A stretch of 64,000 bases of DNA from Candidatus Aenigmarchaeota archaeon LH_S6. GTDB taxonomy: Archaea; Aenigmatarchaeota; Aenigmatarchaeia; QMZS01. How positions within the stretch are numbered: the stretch's first letter is position 1; every line of letters begins with the position of its first letter. The position numbers and the translations under genes were made by a program. Below are positions 37,605-47,647 of this stretch, piece by piece. Under the pieces are notes generated by a model that saw only the letters and a program-made list of their open reading frames with translations, was not told the origin of the DNA and searched no databases. The stretch spans positions 9,569-73,568 of the forward strand of contig JAGXOK010000001.1 of assembly GCA_023659935.1 (NCBI GenBank), in the 5' to 3' direction.

Positions 37605-39343
37605 GAGGAGTTGTGATTACTAAGATACAGGGAGTTATTTTCGTATTAATTTTTTTAGTGGTTATATTTTTAATTATTACCTATCTTTTCTCAGGACAAG
37701 AAAAAGAAGGCTTTATGAATTTACCAAGAGGAGTCGGGATTTCTTTGGAATCAGCAGATACAAAGATTTTTGTTTTACCTCCAGTTGTCTGGTTTGGAAA
37801 AACTCTTGGTTTGAATGTAAATTCTGTAAATTTTGATGAGGTGTTTGATGAGGATAATAGTAAATCAACAGATTTTATTTTCCCTACCAATAATGTTTAT
37901 ATAAAAAAGCCTACAACTGGAGGGGCCTTGACAGCTTTGGAATTAATATTTTTTTCTAACCCGACTGTTATAGTATTATCTGATGTGTTAGGCTTTTCAG
38001 GAAATATAGATTTTAAATTCAAAACCACTAAACCAATTTCTCCTGTAATTGCATTTTATCCTTTAGTTACTGATAATTTTGATTCTCTAGTTTCTAATGC
38101 ACCCGCAAAATCTGATTCAATAAATGGACAAGATATCTACTATCTAAATTCTAAAAAACCCTTCGGCTCTGTAAATTTTACTTTAACAATTGATCCAAAA
38201 GAACTTTACAAACATTATAGCCTAAAAAATGAAAAATTTGATAAAGCCAAAGCAGATGAAAATATAAAATTATCTGTTAGTTATTTTACTGATAAGAGCT
38301 CAGAAAAATATTATAATTCCAAAACAGTTGAACTTGGGATAGGTAAAACAAAACTAGGGAATTTGGATGGAAAGGATTATGAAATTACATTAACAAGTTG
38401 CTGTGATCCTCCTGAATTAAAAGTTGAATATGGTGGGGGAACAGAAACAGGAATCCTTATTAAAAATGAAATCGTAACAATAGCTGGATTAGATATCTAT
38501 ACAAAAAAAGCGGAACATAGGGATACAGAAGTTCAAGTAGGTGCAGCAAGAACTATAAAGGATTTAATAGATAGTGGAGAGTGTAAAGAAGATTCTGATA
38601 AATATAATTGCTCTTTTAGTTTTAATACTAGTGAGAAATGTTGTCCAGATTATGTATATATAAAACCAATTTTCAGAGTAAACTTAAGTAAAGGAAAGTT
38701 ACAGAGGTGGAAAGAAGAGGAAATAGATCCAATATATTTCCAGATTGTTTATTACTTAGATGTCCTTGAAGATAAAGATTTTATTTTTGAGAATTTTAAA
38801 GATATTCAAAATTTATATAAGGAAGAAGATGAAGATAAAGTAAGTCCTGTTAAAGATATTTTAATTTATCCTTGTAGGGCAATAGCAAGATTAGATAAAG
38901 GTCAAATTTCCCTATTACCGTCAAGAGTTAAAAGTTTTGATAAAAAAATAATTGACTGGAGTGAATGTGAGTCTGCAACCAGTAATTTTATTCAACTAAA
39001 ATATAAGAATTTGTATCAGAACTCTACTTGGTTTTGTAAAAATTCTGGAGGAGATTACCTTCTTTACAATCCTTATGCTTTCTGCAGACTTAATGGAGAA
39101 GGGTTGCCAGAAATCCCAACTCCTACATATTTACAGGGAATAATTCCAAGCGGGAATCTTTCTGTTAAATGGGGACCTTGGATAATACCAGATGTAACTT
39201 ATAAGGAATATCATGAAGCTGCTTTAATCTGGGCCTTTCATATGATTGATACTGTCACAGAGACTTTAAAAAATGGCGGTAATATAAACTTCCCAGAGGA
39301 TGATACTATTGGTATAATAAATGTTACCTATAATTTTAATTAA
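37601..39343 (+). CDS. Large pilin/adhesin-like protein with class III signal
   Basis: MRG/VVITK..hydrophobic helix; Cys-containing extracellular region. Confidence 0.65.
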   Translation: MRGVVITKIQGVIFVLIFLVVIFLIITYLFSGQEKEGFMNLPRGVGISLESADTKIFVLPPVVWFGKTLGLNVNSVNFDEVFDEDNSKSTDFIFPTNNVYIKKPTTGGALTALELIFFSNPTVIVLSDVLGFSGNIDFKFKTTKPISPVIAFYPLVTDNFDSLVSNAPAKSDSINGQDIYYLNSKKPFGSVNFTLTIDPKELYKHYSLKNEKFDKAKADENIKLSVSYFTDKSSEKYYNSKTVELGIGKTKLGNLDGKDYEITLTSCCDPPELKVEYGGGTETGILIKNEIVTIAGLDIYTKKAEHRDTEVQVGAARTIKDLIDSGECKEDSDKYNCSFSFNTSEKCCPDYVYIKPIFRVNLSKGKLQRWKEEEIDPIYFQIVYYLDVLEDKDFIFENFKDIQNLYKEEDEDKVSPVKDILIYPCRAIARLDKGQISLLPSRVKSFDKKIIDWSECESATSNFIQLKYKNLYQNSTWFCKNSGGDYLLYNPYAFCRLNGEGLPEIPTPTYLQGIIPSGNLSVKWGPWIIPDVTYKEYHEAALIWAFHMIDTVTETLKNGGNINFPEDDTIGIINVTYNFN

Positions 39344-39380
39344 ATCTGAATTTAATATTTTATTGATAATTAAATAATAG

Positions 39381-39512
39381 AGGATGTGAAATTAACCAAA
39401 TTAATAGAGGGAAGAAAGTAAATTGATAAGGAGTATTAATAAACATTTATACAGATTTCTCGCCTTGACAGTCGTTCTTAATTACTCACTATGTTCGCTT
39501 GATGGAATACCC
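39381..39512 (+). mobile_element. Internally deleted DDE IS remnant related to 47648 element
   Basis: aattaaccaaattaatag..gaag..agtaa.ttgataagg..ttaataaaca shared with 47657-47711; ends in ataccc. Confidence 0.6.
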
Positions 39513-39523
39513 AAAAGTTATTG

Positions 39524-41344
39524 TTATTTCTCTGAAGAGTTCCATTCCTCAATATCCTTCCAGGGCTCTCTGCTCACCTTAAAGTTCTCTCCACTGAGAA
39601 CCTGCCTATAATTTCTCCAGAGGAATCTTTCATCCAGATAGACCACCACAGCCTTGTCCTTTTCTGACCTTATTGCTCTTCCACTTGCCTGGATTGCTTT
39701 TTGTACTGCTGGATAGATATATCCATATTCCATTCCTTTTCCATAATTTTTGTTATAACAATCTATCCTACTTTTTGTTTCTAAATCTGGCATGGCAAGG
39801 GCAACTCCTGCAATTATTATACACTTGAGAGAATTATTTGGAAAATCAATTCCTTGGTCAAATGAGCCAGATTGTACCCCTAATAATAATCCTTTTTCAG
39901 AACCTATAAATTGTTTGAGTAAATTGGTTTTCCGCTCTTTTGTTAGTTCTTGTACTTCCTTAAAAATGTTTAACCTACTATCTAAAAAATTACTCACTTG
40001 ATTCAGAAAATAATAGGATGGAAAGAAAATTGCTGTGTTTCCATTAACAGCATTGAATATTCTGCTTATGATGTCCGCATAATTCTTGTATTGTGCTTCT
40101 CCTCTCCTTGAAAACTTTGTTGTTGCAATTGGCGCAACCAGATTTAGCCTGTTTTCTTTTGGGAAAATTGATTTAAAGGAAATTGTCTCATAATTTTTAA
40201 CTCCTAACAGATTAGCATACATTTCCAAGGGTTGCAGGGTTGCTGACATTAAAATTGTTGAATAACTATTATTAATTATATCTGAAGTTATTGCTGCTGG
40301 CAGTAAAGCATTTAACTTTAATTCAATCTGCTTCCCATATTTTGTATCTTTTTTTCTTATTATTCTTGTAAAGTTCTCATCGCTGTTTATCCAGTTTTCA
40401 ATAAATTTTGATAAACCTGAGCAGTAACTTTTCTCCTTTCCCTCTCCCCTAACCAAATCTGAAACTTCCTGTAATTCATCCAAAAATTCAGGGCTAAGAG
40501 AATTCAGAATTGATACTATCTCTTCCTTACTGACATAAGCTTCATTATTATGCTCTAATCTATCCTTTGCAAGTTCCTCTATTCTAATCCTAAGATTATC
40601 AATATCTTGACTAACATCCCTCTGCATTCCGCTGGCCTCCTTAATAGCAGTGTTTAAAACAAAAGTTGTCAGTTTTGAGGAAATCAAATCTGTTGCCCTG
40701 CCTGGAAGCTGGTGTGCCTCATCAACAATAACTATGGAGTCTTCAAGGTTTTTATTTATTTTTGCAAGGAAAGTTCCTGAAACAAAAGGATTAAAAAGAT
40801 GAAAATAATCCGCAACAACTACAACACTTCTCTTTGCAGACTGGCAAACAATTTCATAGGGACAAAAATCCTTGCATTTCTTCTTTAGTTCTTCTGAATT
40901 TAGAATTTCCTTAGAGACCTCATTAATTTTGGTTTTTGCTTCTTCTGTGAGTTCTCCTTTTTTGAAAACTTTATTATAAAATTCACATTTCTCTTCTTTT
41001 TTTAGATAATTGCAGAGTTCCTGAAAATCTGATGAACCCAAATCATCATAAAAATAATTACAAAACCACCTTTTTCCTATTATATTAACAGTTTTTATTT
41101 CTCCGATTTTCTTTAGAGTTTCAAGGGCAATCAGATGCTGGGAGTGTCTCGGCGTCAGAAAGAATACTGTTAATCCAAGTTCAGATGCTAACTTTACAGC
41201 TGGATAAAGAACTCCGGCAGTTTTTCCAATTCCAGATGGTGCGTGTATCAATAGATTTTTTCTATTTTTAATGCAATCTTCAACTCTCTGAACCAACTCA
41301 TCCTGATTTTCCCTTTTTTTCTGAAATGGAAATTTCAATGACAT
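39524..41344 (-). CDS. xpd: XPD/Rad3-like Fe-S DNA helicase
   Basis: APSGIGKT, Fe-S Cys pattern with CPYE, DEAH, MSATL, FFPSY, QASGRAIRS. Confidence 0.9.
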   Translation of the reverse strand: MSLKFPFQKKRENQDELVQRVEDCIKNRKNLLIHAPSGIGKTAGVLYPAVKLASELGLTVFFLTPRHSQHLIALETLKKIGEIKTVNIIGKRWFCNYFYDDLGSSDFQELCNYLKKEEKCEFYNKVFKKGELTEEAKTKINEVSKEILNSEELKKKCKDFCPYEIVCQSAKRSVVVVADYFHLFNPFVSGTFLAKINKNLEDSIVIVDEAHQLPGRATDLISSKLTTFVLNTAIKEASGMQRDVSQDIDNLRIRIEELAKDRLEHNNEAYVSKEEIVSILNSLSPEFLDELQEVSDLVRGEGKEKSYCSGLSKFIENWINSDENFTRIIRKKDTKYGKQIELKLNALLPAAITSDIINNSYSTILMSATLQPLEMYANLLGVKNYETISFKSIFPKENRLNLVAPIATTKFSRRGEAQYKNYADIISRIFNAVNGNTAIFFPSYYFLNQVSNFLDSRLNIFKEVQELTKERKTNLLKQFIGSEKGLLLGVQSGSFDQGIDFPNNSLKCIIIAGVALAMPDLETKSRIDCYNKNYGKGMEYGYIYPAVQKAIQASGRAIRSEKDKAVVVYLDERFLWRNYRQVLSGENFKVSREPWKDIEEWNSSEK

Positions 41345-41506
41345 AATTGTTTAGATTGATATTTAGTTTTATTTCTTCTCTTCATTCAATAATTACTAAA
41401 ACTTTTAAATCTATATACTACAAACTATATATTCTATCACCGAAACCTTTATATAATTTAAATACATATATTTAAATGCTCTTTTTTAACTAAAAAGTGG
41501 TGTAAC

Positions 41507-42460
41507 ATGTTTAAAAGAAAGAAAGAATTTGGTTTGAAATGTCCCGAATGTGGGTCAACAGAAATATTAGTGGATAATGAAAAAGGAGAGAAGACATGCT
41601 CAAAATGCGGATTAATACTGAATGAAAGCATGATTGATACACAACAGGACTGGAGGGCTTTTGATACTGAGGAATTGGAGAAGACTGCAAGAACAGGAGC
41701 TCCATTGACAAAGATGAGACATGATAAAGGAATTGGGACAGAAATCGGAAAAAGCAAGGCAGAATTGTTTAAAGTTTCTGCTGGAAAAAGAGGACAATAC
41801 TTCAGAATAAAGAACTGGCAGAAGAGACTTGTAAGTGGTAAGGACAGAAATTACGGTTATGCTTTGTCTGAATTGGAAAGAATTGCCTCTGCTTTGAGCC
41901 TGCCAAAGAATTTGCAGGAAGAAATAGGGTCAATGTATGAAAAAGCTTTGGAAGAAGGTTTAGTAAAAGGCAGGAGTATTGAAGCTATTATAGGTTCCCT
42001 CGTTTATGCTTTATCAAGAGAATATGGTAGTCCAAGGCTGATGTCAGAAATCTGTGATGTTTCAGGAGTTGACAAAAGAGATTTAGGAAGAACTTATAGG
42101 TATGTTGCAAGAAAACTAAATCTAAGAGTTATTCCTGCAAAAGCAGTTAATTATGTCCCAAGATGTGCAACAATCCTTAAATTGGGTGATAAAACTCAAA
42201 TTAAAGCAAAGCAATACCTGAAAAATATAAAAAGTGAAGAAGACATTTCAGGAAAGGGTCCTATAGGGCTTGCTGCAGCAACTTTATATATTGCAGCAAT
42301 AATGAATGGAGAAATTGTATCACAAAGAAAAATTGCAGAAGCAATTGGAGTAACAGAAGTTACAATTAGAAATAGGTGTAAGGACATTGCAAAAAGTTTG
42401 GGTATAGAGGAAAAAGTTGAGCAGAAGATTAAAGAATTAGAAAATTTGCAGAAAGAATAA
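41507..42460 (+). CDS. tfb: Transcription initiation factor IIB
   Basis: CPECGS..CSKCG Zn ribbon, WRAF, GRSIE, VTEVTIRNR. Confidence 0.97.
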   Translation: MFKRKKEFGLKCPECGSTEILVDNEKGEKTCSKCGLILNESMIDTQQDWRAFDTEELEKTARTGAPLTKMRHDKGIGTEIGKSKAELFKVSAGKRGQYFRIKNWQKRLVSGKDRNYGYALSELERIASALSLPKNLQEEIGSMYEKALEEGLVKGRSIEAIIGSLVYALSREYGSPRLMSEICDVSGVDKRDLGRTYRYVARKLNLRVIPAKAVNYVPRCATILKLGDKTQIKAKQYLKNIKSEEDISGKGPIGLAAATLYIAAIMNGEIVSQRKIAEAIGVTEVTIRNRCKDIAKSLGIEEKVEQKIKELENLQKE

Positions 42461-42492
42461 TGTCAGCCTTTAGAAAAGGCCGACACTCCAAA
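42461..42492. repeat. Reverse-complement, short-loop copy of 26551 palindrome; possible terminator
   Basis: tgtcagcctttagaaaaggccgacactccaaa directly after tfb stop, between convergent genes. Confidence 0.8.
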
Positions 42493-42570
42493 CAAGGAAA
42501 TTTTGTTTTTTTCTAGTTTATACTAAGTTATTAATTTAAAATTTCAAAAATAAAAAGAAGATTAAGGAGG

Positions 42571-43143
42571 TTATCCTCCTGGTGGTTGTCCTCCTGCTGG
42601 TTTTCCTCCTTCTGCTTGTTCCTTGCCTGCGCCCATTACAAACCACATCATTACTCCAATTACTGCCAAGATTATTATTAATGCAACTAAATCCTGTCCT
42701 GCAAATCCTGAATACCATCCAACACCTCCTGTTAATCCACCTAAGATTGCCCAAGCAGCGAAGATTATTATTACCAGTAACAAACCCTTTTTACCTTCTT
42801 TTATACTACTCACATAACCTGGTACTGCCAGTTCTATAACCAAAGCAATTCCTAAAACTGCAACCAAAAACATCATTGTCATTCCTGAAGCAGATATAAA
42901 GAATTGACCAACTGAAGAACCCCAGGGAGTAAATGATACTAGGAAAAATCCTAAAGCCAAGGCGATTAGTCCTGAAGCTCCTCTTGCTGTTGTCTCACTA
43001 GATTCACCAAACAACTTTGACTTCATTAATAGTCCGAAGATTATTGCGAATGTCAGAACCCATGGAAAAATCACTTCATACAACAGCGTACAAAGTTGTC
43101 CACTAATCCCAAGTACAGTACAAGCTGTGTAACTAACTACCAT
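42571..43143 (-). CDS. Polytopic membrane protein
   Basis: About five TM helices; PWVLTFAIIFGLL. Confidence 0.75.
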   Translation of the reverse strand: MVVSYTACTVLGISGQLCTLLYEVIFPWVLTFAIIFGLLMKSKLFGESSETTARGASGLIALALGFFLVSFTPWGSSVGQFFISASGMTMMFLVAVLGIALVIELAVPGYVSSIKEGKKGLLLVIIIFAAWAILGGLTGGVGWYSGFAGQDLVALIIILAVIGVMMWFVMGAGKEQAEGGKPAGGQPPGG

Positions 43144-43173
43144 AATATTATTTTAAAGTATTTATAAGTTATT

Positions 43174-44616
43174 ATGAAAGATAAATTAAAGAAAATTTCT
43201 GATGTAGAATATTTGGTTTCAAAAGAAGTAAGGGAAAAAATGAGGGTAAATGCAAAGATACTTGTTACCAATAAAATTATTGAAGCTGCTGAGGATGAGG
43301 CAATAAAACAACTCACAAATGTTGCCTGTCTGCCTGGGGTTGTGGAGCCTGTCTACGGCATGCCTGATATTCACTGGGGTTATGGTCTGCCTATGGGAGC
43401 TATAGGGGCTTTTAACTCTGAGGAAGGTGTAATTTCAAGTGGGTGCACTGGTTTTGATATTAACTGCGGAATCAGGATGATTAAAACAAATTTAACCTAT
43501 AAAGAAATTAAACCAAAATTAAAGCAATTAATTAATGTTTTGTTTCATAATGTTCCAACAGGGGTTGGCTCAAAGGGGAAATTGAGATTGTCAAGAGATG
43601 AATTAGATGAAGTTCTTGTTAAAGGAGCAAGATGGGCTATGGAAAATAATTATGCAACAAAAGAAGATTTGCAACATATGGAGGAATACGGTAATATGTC
43701 TGGTGCAAGTGTAGATAAAATTTCTGATTTGGCAAAAAAGAGGGGTCTTCCACAATTAGGAACTTTGGGTGCAGGGAATCATTTTCTGGAAATTCAGAAA
43801 GTTGACCAGATTTTTGATTCTGAAACTGCAAAAATTTTTGGTGTTACTGACAAGGATCAGATTATTGTAATGTTACATTGTGGTTCTCGTGGTTTGGGTC
43901 ATCAGATTGCCACAGATTATTTGAAAATTCATGAAAAGGCTGCAAAAAAATATAATATCTGGCTTCCAGACAAGCAACTTGTTTGTGCTCCTGCAAATTC
44001 TAAGGAAGGACAGGATTATTTTGAAGCAATGAAAGGAGGGGTAAATTATGCTTTTACAAACAGAACTGTGATGACAGATTGGATTAGAGAGAGTTTTGAA
44101 AAAGTTTTTGGAAAAACTAGAGAGGAAATGGATATGAAACTAATTTATGATGTGTGCCACAATATTTGTAAACTGGAAGAACATGAAGTTGAAGGTGAGA
44201 AAAGAAAATTATATGTTCATAGGAAAGGAGCAACAAGAAGTCTTCCTGCCGGACATGAGTTATTACCAGAAACTTACAAAAAAGTGGGGCAGCCTGTTTT
44301 AATTGCGGGTTCAATGGGAACTGCAAGTTATATTTTAGTTGGAGGTGAAAAAGCAAAGAAAACTTTTTACTCGAGTTGCCATGGAGCAGGAAGAGTAATG
44401 AGCAGGAGCAAAGCAATAAGAGATTTCAGGGGGAATACAATTAGAGAAGAATTAGCTAAAAGAGGAATTACTGCAAAGTCCACAAGCCCAAAAATTCTGG
44501 CTGAAGAATCACCAAATGCTTATAAGGATATTGACGAAGTTGCAAAAGCAGTTGACATTGCGGGAATCTCAAAGAAAGTTGTTCGGGTTGTTCCTGTTGG
44601 GGTTGTTAAGGGATAA
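43174..44616 (+). CDS. rtcB: tRNA-splicing ligase RtcB
   Basis: MPDIHWGYG, DINCG, GNHFLE, HCGSRG, HRKGAT, HGAGR. Confidence 0.97.
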   Translation: MKDKLKKISDVEYLVSKEVREKMRVNAKILVTNKIIEAAEDEAIKQLTNVACLPGVVEPVYGMPDIHWGYGLPMGAIGAFNSEEGVISSGCTGFDINCGIRMIKTNLTYKEIKPKLKQLINVLFHNVPTGVGSKGKLRLSRDELDEVLVKGARWAMENNYATKEDLQHMEEYGNMSGASVDKISDLAKKRGLPQLGTLGAGNHFLEIQKVDQIFDSETAKIFGVTDKDQIIVMLHCGSRGLGHQIATDYLKIHEKAAKKYNIWLPDKQLVCAPANSKEGQDYFEAMKGGVNYAFTNRTVMTDWIRESFEKVFGKTREEMDMKLIYDVCHNICKLEEHEVEGEKRKLYVHRKGATRSLPAGHELLPETYKKVGQPVLIAGSMGTASYILVGGEKAKKTFYSSCHGAGRVMSRSKAIRDFRGNTIREELAKRGITAKSTSPKILAEESPNAYKDIDEVAKAVDIAGISKKVVRVVPVGVVKG

Positions 44617-44617
44617 A

Positions 44618-44994
44618 ATGCAAAGTCTAAAACATTATAAATCTATAAAAGGACTAATTTTTTATAATAATAAGTTTCTTATTTTAGAAAAGGAAAATTT
44701 ATTCCTAGGGGAAGAAAAAAAGAGAAAGAAGAAACTGATGAAGGAACTTTGAAAAGAGAGGTAAAAGAAGAAGTTGGACTTAAAATTGAAATTCAAAGAG
44801 TATTAAATGAGTGGTCTTTAGATTTGCCAGAGAAAGGAATTCATTTGGATGGAAAAACATATCTATGCAAATCTAACTCAGATAAAATTATTTTAAGTGA
44901 GGAACATATAAAATACAAGTGGATTGAAAAAGAAGAGTTAAAAGACCTTGATTGTCCTGACTGGAAGATGCAATTTCTAAATTATAAATCCTAA
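44618..44994 (+). pseudogene. Frameshifted NUDIX hydrolase
   Basis: KGLIFYNNKFLIL in one frame; KREVKEEVGL..LSEEH..YKWI in another. Confidence 0.75.
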
Positions 44995-45062
44995 AACATA
45001 AATAAGTGAAAACTGCGACTGCCAATAAAGACAGGTATACATTATTAAAGTTAGAAATATGC

Positions 45063-45755
45063 TCACTTCTTTCTCTTTCCAGTTCTTTTTGGAGCAATAG
45101 AACCTATTTTCTGTCCTGGAGGTGCATTGGCTGAAACTGAAGTGGAGCTTCCTGGTTTTGTTTTACCTCCATAAGGGTGGTCAACAGGATTCATCTTGCT
45201 TCCTGAAGTTCTAGGATAAAGTTTTCCTTTTGATTTCATAAACTTCCATTTAGTTCCTGCCTTTAGAAAAGGTTTTGTATTTCTGGCAAATCCTGCAGGT
45301 TTTCCAACAATTGCCCTACAATTCCCGCTTAGTTTCTTCATCTTTTTTGAAGGAAATATCAGAAAAGAGTATCCTTTTTCATGTGATTTTACAATTGCAA
45401 AAGAGCCTGAAGATTTACAAAATTTTCCACCATCTCTATAAACAGACTCAATAAAATAAACAGAATGCCCCACCGGAGTTCTGGCGAGAGGAAGAATATT
45501 TCCTGTAGAAACTCCTGCATCAGGAGAAATATCTATAATTTGGTCTGTTGCCAAACCAACAGGTGCAGCAATAAAACTTATTATTCCATCCTTAAATCTT
45601 ATTTTTGCAATAGGGGCATTTCTGGCAGATATATGTTTTATATCAACGACTTTTGCTTTTCCTTCTCTTTTAGGTAATTTCAACTCTAATTTACCTTTTG
45701 CTCTATAAGTTGAACTTCCTTTACCCCTTCTCCTAGCAATAATTCTTTTTCCCAT
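45063..45755 (-). CDS. rpl2: 50S ribosomal protein L2
   Basis: MGKRIIARRRGKG, MNPVDHPYGG, APPGQKIG. Confidence 0.97.
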   Translation of the reverse strand: MGKRIIARRRGKGSSTYRAKGKLELKLPKREGKAKVVDIKHISARNAPIAKIRFKDGIISFIAAPVGLATDQIIDISPDAGVSTGNILPLARTPVGHSVYFIESVYRDGGKFCKSSGSFAIVKSHEKGYSFLIFPSKKMKKLSGNCRAIVGKPAGFARNTKPFLKAGTKWKFMKSKGKLYPRTSGSKMNPVDHPYGGKTKPGSSTSVSANAPPGQKIGSIAPKRTGKRKK

Positions 45756-45878
45756 AAACCTTCTCTTTTATAAATAATTTAAATGCACGTCTTCGGATGG
45801 CACCCATTTGCTTCGCAAATCAGGAAGGCTCGGCTTAAGCGAAAATTATGAAATTAGTAAGAGTTACAAACACAACAA

Positions 45879-46295
45879 TTATGGACAAGTAAGACTATTG
45901 TAATAACTACATTCACCGCCACATGTTCCAGAAGTATTTATACAACAGCAAGGAGAAGTAGAAGTAAATGGAGTTTCTGTGCAATTTCCCTCTCCACATC
46001 TTATTAGATTTATTGGATTTATGTCCCTTACACATCTTCTTTTTGCGGTTATAGCTCCTTTATAATTTGCTAAAAGTCCGGGATATTTATCTACATTTTC
46101 AGAAAAATCCTTGTAACTATATCCATGTCCCTGCCAATCCATACATTCACTGTCCAACTGTGCTTCAGAAGTTACTCCTTTTGCAGTAGGAGTGAATGTC
46201 CCAGAAAAGAATAAAAGTATAGTTATAAGTACCAGAGCACAGATAACAATTACAATAATTGTTTCAATAGACAGAGATACTCCTTTTAGTTTCAT
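45879..46295 (-). CDS. Pilin-like protein, class III signal, Cys-rich tail
   Basis: MKLKG/VSLSIETIIVIVICALVL. Confidence 0.75.
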   Translation of the reverse strand: MKLKGVSLSIETIIVIVICALVLITILLFFSGTFTPTAKGVTSEAQLDSECMDWQGHGYSYKDFSENVDKYPGLLANYKGAITAKRRCVRDINPINLIRCGEGNCTETPFTSTSPCCCINTSGTCGGECSYYNSLTCP

Positions 46296-46299
46296 AATA

Positions 46300-46608
46300 T
46301 TATTTAATTTCTTTAAGTTTACCAAACATTTTCTTATAAACTTCAAATTTTTTTAAAGTTAGCAAATGTAATTCAAATTCGTAAGGTAATTTTAATTCTT
46401 TCCTTATTTCTGCGATTATTTCGGCTCTTCTCAAACCTTTTTCTGGAATAGAGGACGAGCAAATTAAAATATCTATATCACTGCAGGCACTGTACTTTTT
46501 TTTAATTACACTACCAAATCCATAGACATGAGTATCACCTAAAATTTTTGTACTTAGTTTTTTTATTTCTTTTGCATAAGTCTCCCAATTTTTGAAAACT
46601 TCATTCAT
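46300..46608 (-). CDS. Minimal nucleotidyltransferase (MNT antitoxin)
   Basis: FGSV...SDIDILI, FELH. Confidence 0.9.
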   Translation of the reverse strand: MNEVFKNWETYAKEIKKLSTKILGDTHVYGFGSVIKKKYSACSDIDILICSSSIPEKGLRRAEIIAEIRKELKLPYEFELHLLTLKKFEVYKKMFGKLKEIK

Positions 46609-46979
46609 TCTACTAACCGTATAATTTTCTGAACTACTTCTACAAGTTTTTTTATCTCCGCTATTTCAAACTCTCTGGCAAAATACCTTGATGTTATATA
46701 TGCATCTTCTAATAATGCTAATCCTAAACTTTCATCCTCCAATAATTTTTTTGCTCTTTTATCCAATTCTGCTACCTGTGATAATAGAATCCTCAAAGAA
46801 TGTGTTTTTGGATAATATCCTTTTTTCTCTAACAAAAAAGATTTTAAAAAAAGTTGTGCCGCCTGCTCCAAATTAAAAGCTGCTAAATCAAAAATTTTTT
46901 TATTTGCTAAACTTTCAGCATTTTCAAAAAAATTTCTCGCCTTCTTTTTTAACAAGTTTGTTTCTTCTTTTGAACCCAT
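46605..46979 (-). CDS. HEPN-domain protein
   Basis: AAFNLEQAAQL.LK, PKTHSL, AYITSRY. Confidence 0.9.
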   Translation of the reverse strand: MGSKEETNLLKKKARNFFENAESLANKKIFDLAAFNLEQAAQLFLKSFLLEKKGYYPKTHSLRILLSQVAELDKRAKKLLEDESLGLALLEDAYITSRYFAREFEIAEIKKLVEVVQKIIRLVE

Positions 46980-47007
46980 AACTAAATATTTAAATACTAC
47001 TTAATAA

Positions 47008-47331
47008 ATGAAAGGAATCAGTTTGACTATAAATTCTGTAATTGTAATTACTCTTGCAATACTGGTTCTTGTTTTCTTAGGGTACATGTTCATCACAGGA
47101 ACAAATCCTTTTGTTTCAGTAGGATATGAAAGTGCTCTAAATAATGGTTGTAAAACTTATCTACAAAGTAATCAGTCAGTAGAAAGTATTATGGTTGGGG
47201 ATATAACTAAGGATGGAAACCCGGATAATTTACTTACTGCCTGCAGGTCGTATTACTCAAATGAAAGTATGGAAGCAGAGGGATGTGAGCAGAAATGTAG
47301 AGACAGATTTCCTTTTGGTTCTACTAGTTAA
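47008..47331 (+). CDS. Pilin-like protein, class III signal
   Basis: MKG/ISLTINSVIVITLAILVL; paired Cys. Confidence 0.75.
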   Translation: MKGISLTINSVIVITLAILVLVFLGYMFITGTNPFVSVGYESALNNGCKTYLQSNQSVESIMVGDITKDGNPDNLLTACRSYYSNESMEAEGCEQKCRDRFPFGSTS

Positions 47332-47647
47332 ATCTAGTGGTGAGAGCCTTCCTTCATCTTTTGTTGGAATAGGTAAATGCTGTGATAAAGGAAGTGAAGG
47401 TAATACAGAATGCTCAACAGGATTATGGTGTAGAAAAAAAGATTATATTTATAGCAGATGTAGAAAAAGTTGTGCCAAAGGAATTTGTGTAAAACAAAGT
47501 GGAGTATCTTCTTGCCATCCTAAGGAAGAGTGTAATTATAACTGATTATCAGGTTATTGTAACTCTAACAACAAATGTGAATAAATTCTTTTCTCATAGT
47601 GCTACTCTGATATTTAATAAGGATTTTATAATTTAATAAAAATACTG

